Source of the DNA: an uncultured virus (IMG/VR IMGVR_UViG_3300033074_001537)
Lineage: Duplodnaviria > Heunggongvirae > Uroviricota > Caudoviricetes
Strand: one strand, 5' to 3'
Virus record (IMG/VR): IMGVR_UViG_3300033074_001537
DNA length: 64,000 bases
The notes under the pieces are model-generated. The model ran no database searches and was not told where the DNA came from. It saw only the letters and a program-made list of their open reading frames with translations. Within the stretch, counting starts at the first letter, position 1, and each line of letters opens with the position of its first letter. The position numbers and the translations under genes are program-made. Below are positions 9,363 through 17,458 of the stretch, in pieces.

Positions 9363-12023
9363 TCACCGCTGTAGCAGGGAGTGCTTGAGCAGCTTTGCCT
9401 TCTTGGCTTCCTTCGGGCCGACGGTGCGCGCGCCTTCACGAGCAAACCAGCAGTTGTGTACCGCGTAGCCGTGCACGACGAACGACTCGTCTTCCTCGAC
9501 GTGCAGGTTGTAGACGGTCCCGCGGAACGTGCTCTTGTCGATGCGAAGCAGCGGCGCGCGCACACCCTCGGGAACCCGCTCCGTGTGGTACCCAGCAGCG
9601 GGGGGCCGGCGCACCGCGCCCCCGAAATGAACGCGGTCGAGGTCGCTCCCCGTGTTGTTGTAAAGCACGGCGGTGTCGTGCACGCCGAGGGTCACGCGGT
9701 ACTGCCCATCGACCAGCGACGTGACCCCCGTGTTCGGGTTCGTGTACAGGTGCTCGCCCTTGTCGATGATGAGCGAGGGACGAAACCCAGCGTCTACGAG
9801 GGTCTGGCGTGCCTGCTCGGCCATGCCGAGCGACCGGGTACGCAGCACGAAGGCACTGTTGCCGAAGCGATCCACAGGCATCGGGTCTTCGGCAACGAGA
9901 ACCCACCCACGGAGAACGGCGAGACGCAGGCTTGTGGGCGCACGGAGCCAGTTCCACGGAAGCGCGGCACGCCGACCGGCGGCCCCCAACAGCCGGATGG
10001 CGGCGACACCCTTCTGGCCGAGCACGATGCGGAACGAGGAGCGGTCTTCTTCGATGTGAAACCCCGTCCCCGGCGCAACACGGTTCGCCTGCTGCGTGCA
10101 GAACAGGCGTAGGTGCATCGAGTTCGGCGGCAGCTTCACGGAGAAGTGCGCAGCGCCGGGCCGAACCTTCGCGCGACTGGCGAGCAGGATGCCGACGAAC
10201 TGCATGAACTCTTCGTCGAGGGGCAATCCGAGCGCCGCGGCACCCGGCGGAAGCGCGGGCGGCTCCTCTGTGAACTCCTGCTGCGGCGACAAGAGCGAGT
10301 GGTGCTCGTTCAAGTCGCGAGCGCGCACCCACTGCCACCCTTCCGGCCAGTGAAACTCGCCCTGCTTTCGGTACTTGAAGTCCGCAGGGAACATCGCGAG
10401 CACGGGGTGCTCGTGCGTGACCGTGATCGGCGGCCCGTTTCGAGGGGTGAGCTTGTAGACCGTCGAGTCGTACGCGCGGCTGGTCACCTCGGTGACCTTG
10501 CGCCAGCGACCTTTGTGCGTGAGCACGCGGTCGCCCACTTCGATTTCTTCGATGCGCGTGGGGCCCCTGTGTGTGAGCACGCGCTGGCCGGGGGGTAGGC
10601 ACGCCATGAGATAGTCCGACGTGTGGCCCGCGGGCGAGTAGTTCATCATGCCGTTCATCCACGCTGCGACTTCATTGGTGAGTGGCTGGCCTCCCTGACT
10701 CGGGATGATCCACTTGCCGTTCTCCATCTCGACGGCGATCGACTCGACACCGAAAACCGGGTCGCTCTTGTTGCGGCCGGTGGTGAAGGGGCGCACGGGC
10801 ACTGCGGATAGATCGCGTGTGAAGTCGAGAATGAACGACTGCGCAGCGTTCGACTCTACGAACACGATGGACAGGTAGCGTTGGTGCGTGTTCACGATGC
10901 GCTGCACGATCTCGGGGGCGGTCCATCGCCCCGACTCGATGCACAGCACCTCGCGGTCGCCGTTCGGGTGAATGGCGATCGTAAAGATTACGCTCAGGTC
11001 AGAGTTCTTCTTACCCGTTCCGAGGTCTACGCCGGTCACGGTCATGTAGCCGGGGGGTACAACACGCAGCTCGCCGGGCATGGAGCGCCCGGAGCCTCGT
11101 TCGAGGGCGCGCTTGAGCCACTCTTCACGAAACCGCGAGTCGGTGTCGTCGCGCGCAACGCAGAGAAGCTGTCTCGCGAATTCGAGACTGCCCATCGTCT
11201 TGCTCTCTTCGATACGCTCGGCGGGCCAGCGCTCGGGCCACGACAGGGAGCCGTCTTCACGCACGACGGGGTTGCGTTCGGAGAACCAACCCGGCAGGGC
11301 CGCCAGCCGGTGCATCAAGTCTTCGGGGTGCCACGCCGTGCCGACGAGCCAGATGAAGGCGTTGGCGGTCATGCGCCCTGAGATGGTCGCGTTGTACCAG
11401 CGGTACAGGTCGTCGCGTGCGTGGTCGGTGCGTGTGTTCTCGTAGTCGAGCACGTCGTCGAGGAAGGCTCCGTCGAGGCGCGAGCCGAGCACGTTGCCGT
11501 GCACACCGACGGCTTGCACAGAGGGGTCGCGGGCGGCGGACGTACGCTTGACGGTGATGGCGGCGTCGGACCAGCGATCCCCTGGGACGAGGTTCGGAAA
11601 GACGAGCCGCAGCTCTTCGGACTGCTCGATGTACGTCTTGATTGCTTTAACAATCTTGACTGCCTGCCCCGCGGTGTTCGAGACGATGGCGAGGCGCAGG
11701 TCGGGGTTGTTCCCGAGGAGCCAGAGGGTGCGCATGACGCACAGCGAGAAGGACTTACCCGACTCGATGTGCGACCAGATGACGGCGCGCTTGTGCTTGC
11801 TGGCGATCTCGTGAAACCGGCGGTGGATGGGGGCCTGCCGGATGGGCTTGTGGGTGAGCTCGTCGCGCCCCACGAACTCGCAGAACACGTCACACGACAG
11901 CCGAGCCGCGGCGATGCGGATACGCTGTGCGCGTTCGAGCATGTCTCTCGCCGCGTCCGGGTTGGCGGCGAGCCAGTTCAAGACACGTTCTTTGTTCCGC
12001 TCGTCGAGCATGGCGCTGTTCAT
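9363..12023 (-). CDS. terL: Terminase large subunit containing an intein
   Basis: Walker A-like HIESGKS, Walker B AFLDD, GTAWHxED coupling motif, RNase H motifs TGVDLG, VESNAAQ and HTSD; probable start ATG 12023 (or 12011). Confidence 0.93.
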   Translation of the reverse strand: MNSAMLDERNKERVLNWLAANPDAARDMLERAQRIRIAAARLSCDVFCEFVGRDELTHKPIRQAPIHRRFHEIASKHKRAVIWSHIESGKSFSLCVMRTLWLLGNNPDLRLAIVSNTAGQAVKIVKAIKTYIEQSEELRLVFPNLVPGDRWSDAAITVKRTSAARDPSVQAVGVHGNVLGSRLDGAFLDDVLDYENTRTDHARDDLYRWYNATISGRMTANAFIWLVGTAWHPEDLMHRLAALPGWFSERNPVVREDGSLSWPERWPAERIEESKTMGSLEFARQLLCVARDDTDSRFREEWLKRALERGSGRSMPGELRVVPPGYMTVTGVDLGTGKKNSDLSVIFTIAIHPNGDREVLCIESGRWTAPEIVQRIVNTHQRYLSIVFVESNAAQSFILDFTRDLSAVPVRPFTTGRNKSDPVFGVESIAVEMENGKWIIPSQGGQPLTNEVAAWMNGMMNYSPAGHTSDYLMACLPPGQRVLTHRGPTRIEEIEVGDRVLTHKGRWRKVTEVTSRAYDSTVYKLTPRNGPPITVTHEHPVLAMFPADFKYRKQGEFHWPEGWQWVRARDLNEHHSLLSPQQEFTEEPPALPPGAAALGLPLDEEFMQFVGILLASRAKVRPGAAHFSVKLPPNSMHLRLFCTQQANRVAPGTGFHIEEDRSSFRIVLGQKGVAAIRLLGAAGRRAALPWNWLRAPTSLRLAVLRGWVLVAEDPMPVDRFGNSAFVLRTRSLGMAEQARQTLVDAGFRPSLIIDKGEHLYTNPNTGVTSLVDGQYRVTLGVHDTAVLYNNTGSDLDRVHFGGAVRRPPAAGYHTERVPEGVRAPLLRIDKSTFRGTVYNLHVEEDESFVVHGYAVHNCWFAREGARTVGPKEAKKAKLLKHSLLQR
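9453..10601 (-). mobile_element. Intein (383 aa) with a degenerate LAGLIDADG-type endonuclease region
   Basis: N-terminal CLPPGQRVLT, block B TVTHEHP, C-terminal VYNLHVEEDESFVVHGYAVHN followed by Cys(+1). Confidence 0.93.
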
Positions 12024-12044
12024 TGTTGTATGAGTAGCGTTGCC

Positions 12045-12752
12045 ATGCCGAAGCAGCAATACACGCGGGACTTGTACGAGACGTTGCTGGTGTACTACCG
12101 GGACCACGCGGAGGATCACGCGGAGGCTGCCCGGCGGTGTAAATGCACACGCAAGCTGGCACAGACGACCTACGAGCGCGGGTGGCGCGGCCTTGCGTGG
12201 GCGAAGCCGCTACGCGAGGTGCTGGAGTCTGAGCAGATGCAGGCGCGCGCGGCGCGCTTGAAGATGGAGCGCGAGTCCTTGGAGGCCGAGGAGCGCGCAC
12301 GCATGGACGCACGAAAGGATGCGTTGGAGGCGCGCGCCGCAGAGGCGAAGGGCGCGAAGCTGAGCAGGGCGAACGCGATCATGTTCTCGGCGGCCTGCTC
12401 AAAGGCGCTGGTGGGGTTGCAGCGCTTGGTCGCGGAATTCGAGGGCCGCACACAGAGCCCCGCCGCTGTGCAGAGCATGTCGTTGAAAGAGATTCGCTAC
12501 TGGATCACGACCGTCAGCGGCGCCGTACGCGACGCACAGGTCATGTTGAAGACGGCCCTAGAGATCGAACGCATCGTCACAGGCGAACCCCTGGCCGTGC
12601 TCTCGATCCGCACCGAGAACATGGGCCCGCAAGAGATGTACGCAGAGCTCACCCGCACCCTAGAGTCGCTGCGCATCCTCAAGCACCTCCCCAACGGCAC
12701 CGAAGGCAGAGACGCCGCCCTCGACATCCTAGACATAGACCCCACCGCCTAG
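12045..12752 (+). CDS. Putative terminase small subunit-like protein, divergent from terL
   Basis: Starts MPKQQ (alternative ATG 12030); N-terminal HTH-like segment AEAARRCKCTRKLAQTTYERGW, helical body, IERIVTGEP; adjacent to terL. Confidence 0.5.
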   Translation: MPKQQYTRDLYETLLVYYRDHAEDHAEAARRCKCTRKLAQTTYERGWRGLAWAKPLREVLESEQMQARAARLKMERESLEAEERARMDARKDALEARAAEAKGAKLSRANAIMFSAACSKALVGLQRLVAEFEGRTQSPAAVQSMSLKEIRYWITTVSGAVRDAQVMLKTALEIERIVTGEPLAVLSIRTENMGPQEMYAELTRTLESLRILKHLPNGTEGRDAALDILDIDPTA

Positions 12753-12793
12753 CCGCGCTTCGAGTAGGGGCATGGGTCGGGGGCCCGCGCCTC

Positions 12794-12914
12794 AATTCGT
12801 CTAAGAAAGGGTTTTTGGATTCTACATTTTAGAATTTCGTTTTAGAACGAGGTCGAAACTGCATTCATTTTCTAATTTCGTTTAAGAGGGCGGTTCAAAC
12901 TGCATTCATTTTCT
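12794..12914. repeat. Three degenerate ~40-bp AT-rich direct repeats
   Basis: AATT(T)CGTyTwAGA starts each unit; aaactgcattcattttct is identical at 12856 and 12897. Confidence 0.85.
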
Positions 12915-12981
12915 GATCTGCGTACCTACCCCTCCGAGCCTCCTGTTTTCCCAGGGGGGTACCCCCCATCGAAACGCAGAA

Positions 12982-13264
12982 CGGGCTAGTCACGTTTTGA
13001 TATCGTGACCGCTTTGGGTGACCAATGCGTACAGCCTTTGGATACCCTGACGAGCTAGTCACGTTTCGCGAACACGCGCGGAGGGTAGGGTACGCGCGCG
13101 AAACGTGACTAGGGAGTGTTGCGTTTGGGGGCGCTCTGAAACCCTGAACGAGCTAGTCATGTTTAAGAAAGGGTGACTGACTAGTGCGTACTGCGTTTCG
13201 ATATCGCGCACGAGCTAGTCAGCGTTTCGATATCGTGACTGACTAGTGCGTACTGCGTTTGGGG
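12982..13264. repeat. Array of four CTAGTCA...TGACTAG hairpin units
   Basis: CTAGTCA at 12986, 13055, 13153 and 13215, each followed by an inverted copy (degenerate in unit 1) and a tgcgtactgcgttt-like tail. Confidence 0.85.
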
Positions 13265-13545
13265 TATGGGCTCGGCACGAAGGCTGCTATGTGGGGCCCC
13301 CTAGAGCTCTGAGCAGAAAACCCTCTGAACCCCCTTGCGTTCTCTTTAAGAATGGGTATTGTGTTGGGGCCTCGACGAACTGGCCCCGCAAGGGGGCCCT
13401 GGCGCGCCAAGGGCGCGAAACGCGAGACGCGAGAGTCACAACATACTTCCCCCGCTGCGGCGGGGGCCTTTTCGCGTTCTAGGACTAGGCGCGAAACTGG
13501 GGAAGGGTGCGTCTTGTGTGCGCACCCTGGAAAAGGATCGAAACC

Positions 13546-13659
13546 ATGACCCGTTGGCAAAGTTTCATGCTCTGGGTAGTGTTCATCAACGTCATCCTTG
13601 GCGTGTTCGGGGGGATCATCGCGACCGCGATGATCCTGCTCGGCGGCGGTGTCGCATAA
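13546..13659 (+). CDS. 37-aa single-TM hydrophobic peptide
   Basis: AAAGGA RBS; MTRWQSFMLWVVFINVILGVFGGIIATAMILLGGGVA. Confidence 0.55.
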   Translation: MTRWQSFMLWVVFINVILGVFGGIIATAMILLGGGVA

Positions 13660-13860
13660 GACACCTAAGTGTCGCGATGTACGCAATGAGCTTGGGTACT
13701 GCGATCATCGCGGTGCTCAACATCCTGTACGCCTAGCTAGGCACTGTGCCTAGCTTCCCTCTGCGCATCGCACGCGCGTAGGGTCGCCGGTACCCCCCGG
13801 CAGAGCTCTTTTACAACTAGACGCACGCGCCTACCCCTGGCGCCTCTCATGCTCGCGAGC

Positions 13861-13876
13861 TGTTTCACGTGAAACA
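13861..13876. promoter_or_regulatory. parS site (perfect consensus)
   Basis: TGTTTCACGTGAAACA, the canonical 16-bp chromosomal ParB-binding palindrome. Confidence 0.88.
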
Positions 13877-14003
13877 GACTCCCGCAGCAAGGGGGATACC
13901 CAGGATGCAAGGTACCCGCGTGCGTCACCTCTGCCAATACCCCCACCGGGCCCATTGAACCCGGTGGGGTCGATACCGCGATGCCTCGCAGTACCTACCG
14001 CCG

Positions 14004-14019
14004 TGTTTCACGTGAAACA
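14004..14019. promoter_or_regulatory. parS site (perfect consensus)
   Basis: Second exact TGTTTCACGTGAAACA, 143 bp from the first. Confidence 0.88.
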
Positions 14020-14105
14020 GCTTCCGGCGGTAGGTTCTACGGCGCACCGCGCCGTGTCTCGAAACCAACGCCGCGATTCACCGCGGCACTTGAAAGGAAT
14101 TCATC

Positions 14106-15083
14106 ATGGCCAAGAGCTCTAAGTCTAACCGCCGCGCCCCTCGTACCACCATCCTTGCCACCATCGCGGATACCGACACCGCCCCGGCCGACGAGGCCAC
14201 CGTGCTCGACACCGCCCGCGAGATTGCCGCGTACTCGGCGGCCGCGTCCGCGGCGGACACCGCCGCCCCGGTGAACACCGACACCGCCGCCGAGCTCACC
14301 GCGGTGAACACCGCCGCGGTCACCGACACCGCCGCCCCGGCCGACACCGCGGCCGACCCCCACGGCGCGGCCGTGGCCTTCCTGGCGGCCTTTGATCCGG
14401 CGCGGTTGCCGCCGGGGATGCACGCGAAGTTTCTGGCCAGGGGCAACGTGACCCGTATGGGTCGCGTAGCTCTCGCGGCGGCCGGAGTCGAGTTGGATGG
14501 TCCAACGCACCGGGCATACAACGAGCTCCGTTCAGGGTTCTGGTCCCGTATGGGCGGAACCCTCCCGCGGCGCGAAGGGGGCGGGCCCCGCACGTCCAAC
14601 GGTACCCGCGCGTCCGGCGGGCCCCGCGGTAACCGGGCGGCCCGTATCGCGGTGTTCGCCAAAAAGATTGCCGCGGCGGCGGGGAAGCTGGCCGACATTC
14701 TCGCCGCGGTTCCCGCGGGTGCCGCGCCCTTGGGTGACGGGCCCGAGTCACTGGCCACGGTCGCCGCGGTCGCCGCGGGCGCGTTCGCCACGGTGGCCGC
14801 CGCCGTGGCCGGCCGCGCAGAGACGAACCCGGCCGGGTTCGAGGCGCCGCGAGTCGCTACGCCGGCCGTGGCGCCGGTTCCCCTCACGGTGGGCGGATGG
14901 GCGGTGCTCACGCCGGCCGGCCGCCGCAGTGCCGTCGAAGGTGGTCTTATCGACGAAGGCGACGCGGGGGAACGCCTCACCATCGTAGCACTGCCCGACG
15001 GCGGAAAGGTAGCCACCGTGCGAACCGCGTCGGGCGACCGCACTCGCATCGCGACGCGGTTTCTCGTCGGTGTGACGGCGTAG
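14106..15083 (+). CDS. Early-region Ala-rich hypothetical protein
   Basis: GAAAGGAATT RBS; N-terminal DTA/NTA low-complexity repeats. Confidence 0.75.
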   Translation: MAKSSKSNRRAPRTTILATIADTDTAPADEATVLDTAREIAAYSAAASAADTAAPVNTDTAAELTAVNTAAVTDTAAPADTAADPHGAAVAFLAAFDPARLPPGMHAKFLARGNVTRMGRVALAAAGVELDGPTHRAYNELRSGFWSRMGGTLPRREGGGPRTSNGTRASGGPRGNRAARIAVFAKKIAAAAGKLADILAAVPAGAAPLGDGPESLATVAAVAAGAFATVAAAVAGRAETNPAGFEAPRVATPAVAPVPLTVGGWAVLTPAGRRSAVEGGLIDEGDAGERLTIVALPDGGKVATVRTASGDRTRIATRFLVGVTA

Positions 15084-15201
15084 TTCCGTCACCTAGCACC
15101 GGGGCGCCCTACCGCGCCGCGCCCCGGTGCTCACTCCCGCGCGGTCGTTTATGTGTATTCGTTTAATGTTTGGTTTTAGACCGTCTCGAACCCTCTAGAC
15201 G

Positions 15202-15225
15202 GTTTGCATAAGAGATTATGCAAAC
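15202..15225. promoter_or_regulatory. Perfect 10-bp inverted repeat, operator-like
   Basis: GTTTGCATAA-gaga-TTATGCAAAC in an AT-rich intergenic region. Confidence 0.55.
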
Positions 15226-15294
15226 ATCGGCCGGCGCACGGTACCCGCCCGGCCGTTACCTACCCCGCACCGGGTACCTGGAAAGGGAATTGTC

Positions 15295-15627
15295 ATGGAT
15301 AAGAGCTTGAACCGACTGGCCCGTGAGAAGTTCGAGACTGCGCACGCGGCCGCGTGCGCCGCAGCCACGGCCCGCGGGCCCGCACTGGCCGAGATGTCGG
15401 CGGTCTGCGGGGCCCCCGCGGATTACCCGGAGCTGCTCAATGGCCGTATCGCGGCCTACGCCGACGCGGCCCGCGCCGCCGCGGAAGCTGGCCTCGCGTT
15501 CGACGCGGTAGGGTCTACGCCCGGCGTAGACCCGGCGGCCTACTTCGCCGGGGCGCGGGCCCTCGCCGCGCCCGACGATCGCGGCGCGCGCGAACGGGCA
15601 GACCGCGCGTTCGACGCGGTTTGCTAA
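15295..15627 (+). CDS. Early hypothetical protein
   Basis: GAAAGGGAATT RBS; starts MDKS. Confidence 0.75.
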   Translation: MDKSLNRLAREKFETAHAAACAAATARGPALAEMSAVCGAPADYPELLNGRIAAYADAARAAAEAGLAFDAVGSTPGVDPAAYFAGARALAAPDDRGARERADRAFDAVC

Positions 15628-15782
15628 CCTGCCAGGGCCCGCGCGGGCCCTGGCTTCATGCGCCGCATAATATCGGTGCGTCCACCGTCCTAGCTAGACG
15701 GTACGCGCGGCGCGGGAAACCCGTACCCTCGTGCATGGTGCACGGGCAGCCGGGGAGCCAAACCAAGAAAAGGAATTGAGCC

Positions 15783-16196
15783 ATGAACAAGAGCGAAGCC
15801 AAGGCTACCGCAGAGATCGTCGCGAGCGGGCTGTGCGAGGTCGCAATCGTCGGAAACAGCAAGGGTACCGTGTACGTGTACGCGGAAGGAATGTGCGTGG
15901 CAGTGCTCGACGTTCCGGGCGCAGGGGTACGCGGCGCAGCATCGGAAACGCTGGCGCGGGGGATGCTCCGCGCGGAGCGTCGCCGTATCGCCACGGACGG
16001 GCACGGATGGTCTGCGGACGTGGCTACCAGGGAGCTCGACTACAGCGTAAGCCCAGGTGTTGCCAAACACGCTTTCCGAGAGATCGTCGGCGCGTTGCGC
16101 CGGTGGGAGCGCCAGAACCCCACCGCGGCTAGGGTCCGCTCCGAGCAGAACGGCGCGGCGCGCGCCGCGCTCAATGCGTGGGTCAAAGCGCACTGA
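15783..16196 (+). CDS. Early hypothetical protein
   Basis: GAAAAGGAATT RBS; starts MNKS. Confidence 0.75.
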   Translation: MNKSEAKATAEIVASGLCEVAIVGNSKGTVYVYAEGMCVAVLDVPGAGVRGAASETLARGMLRAERRRIATDGHGWSADVATRELDYSVSPGVAKHAFREIVGALRRWERQNPTAARVRSEQNGAARAALNAWVKAH

Positions 16197-16291
16197 GCGA
16201 ACAGCCCCCGCGTGATGGGGCTGGCACTGCGCGCCCATAGTGGGCGCGTAGCCCGCGGCTGCGAGGATGCCGCACAGCGCAGGGGATGCGC
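16197..16291 (+). ncRNA. Candidate structured RNA element, copy 1 (four stems)
   Basis: 34 nt identical to 16691-16724, followed by stems with compensatory changes relative to copy 2. Confidence 0.6.
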
Positions 16292-16363
16292 GCCGTGCTC
16301 ACGGTGAGCACGCACTGTCGCGGGTTTCTTCGGGCACCCGCGACACGACAAGAGGAAACCGCC

Positions 16364-16684
16364 ATGAACAAGAATACCACCATGAACAAGAACGATATTC
16401 ACAGCATCGCCACGGTCATCGCGACCGTCGAGGACGCGGCGGCCCGTGCCTCGCTCCGAGCGAACTACCGGCGCGCGAAGCGCGCGAGCCTTTCTCGCGC
16501 CGAGCGCGCATGGAAAGACCTGTTTTTGGAGGCGAGCGACTGGAATCTCGCCCCCGAGGACAATCGGAGGCTGCACGCCATCGCGATGCACGCGATCCGC
16601 GAGAGATGGCGCATGGCACAAGCCATGTCGGCGAGCGAGCGCCATCGGTTCGCAGAATGGCGCAGTATGGGGTACGTCTGCTGA
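16364..16684 (+). CDS. Early hypothetical protein
   Basis: AAGAGGA RBS; starts MNKNTTMNKND. Confidence 0.75.
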   Translation: MNKNTTMNKNDIHSIATVIATVEDAAARASLRANYRRAKRASLSRAERAWKDLFLEASDWNLAPEDNRRLHAIAMHAIRERWRMAQAMSASERHRFAEWRSMGYVC

Positions 16685-16690
16685 CCCCCC

Positions 16691-16786
16691 GCGAACAGCC
16701 CCCGCGTGATGGGGCTGGCACTGCTGTTTCATAAAGAAACAGCAGCCCGCGGCTGCACGGATGCCGCAAGAGCGCGGGGAACGCGC
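16691..16786 (+). ncRNA. Candidate structured RNA element, copy 2
   Basis: Same stem architecture as 16197-16291. Confidence 0.6.
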
Positions 16787-16798
16787 CGGAAAGGAATT

Positions 16799-17371
16799 GT
16801 GATAATCCGGGTGAACACCGTGCCCGTGCTCGACGAAGACGGGGCAACCCGTCACGTCCCGCACGGGACAATGGTAAGCTACCGGCGGCAGCCGGTAGCG
16901 ATCGAGACGGTACCCGTTGACGGTACCGTCGTGCTCGACACGCCCACCGGGCGTGTTACCGCGTGGGTCGAGCCGGCCTACGCGACGCGCCCCGGGCGCC
17001 CTTCCGTCGCGGCGAGCGACGTGGCGGGCCCGCGCGCAGAGTACCGCACCGCCGCCCCCACGGCGGTGCACACGCGCGCCGTGGGGGCGTGCGACCGCAC
17101 GCCGAACCGGGGCACCGCGCATATCGCGTTGGTGCCCGTTGCCCGCGGCGCTGCCGCTGGTACGGCTCGAGTCACGTTTTCGTGGCTCGACCCCAGCCTC
17201 TCCCCCGCGCGCCGGTCCAAGCTCGCGCGGATGGTTTTCGAGCTCGCGGGGCTCGAAAACCCATCGTCGGACGGCGCCTGGGCTGTCCGCAACCTGGATG
17301 AAACGCACCGCGAGCTTGTCGCGGTGTGCGCTCAACTGGGGATCATGCCCGCAGTTCACCGCGTGGCGTGA
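16799..17371 (+). CDS. Early hypothetical protein
   Basis: GAAAGGAATT immediately before GTG 16799; exact start uncertain. Confidence 0.65.
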   Translation: MIIRVNTVPVLDEDGATRHVPHGTMVSYRRQPVAIETVPVDGTVVLDTPTGRVTAWVEPAYATRPGRPSVAASDVAGPRAEYRTAAPTAVHTRAVGACDRTPNRGTAHIALVPVARGAAAGTARVTFSWLDPSLSPARRSKLARMVFELAGLENPSSDGAWAVRNLDETHRELVAVCAQLGIMPAVHRVA

Positions 17372-17458
17372 TCCCACCCCCGAAGCCGCGGGGCTTTTTC
17401 GCGGCGCGCAGAATGCCGAACCCGAGCAACGCGAGGGTGAGGCAAGCATGTGCACGGT

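Noticed and set aside
7785..9374. Long antisense ORFs (for example 7785-9374 +, 16040-17599 -, 33976-35487 -, 62175-63842 +)
   Set aside because: Shadow frames of GC3-biased genes on the opposite strand; no motifs or RBS.
11421..12044. N-terminal extension of the 11421-12752 ORF
   Set aside because: It overlaps terL antisense; the plausible start is 12030 or 12045.
12982..13264. Possible CRISPR mini-array
   Set aside because: Units vary in length and sequence, interiors are related to each other rather than unique spacers, and no cas genes are present.
16221..16735. Sigma54 promoters at the CTGGCAC motifs
   Set aside because: The -12 GC is absent (CC and TC at that position); covarying stems explain the sequence better.
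16197..16786. Known self-cleaving ribozyme (hammerhead, twister, pistol, HDV)
   Set aside because: I could not find their conserved cores, such as CUGANGA/GAAA, by eye; an Infernal search is still needed.
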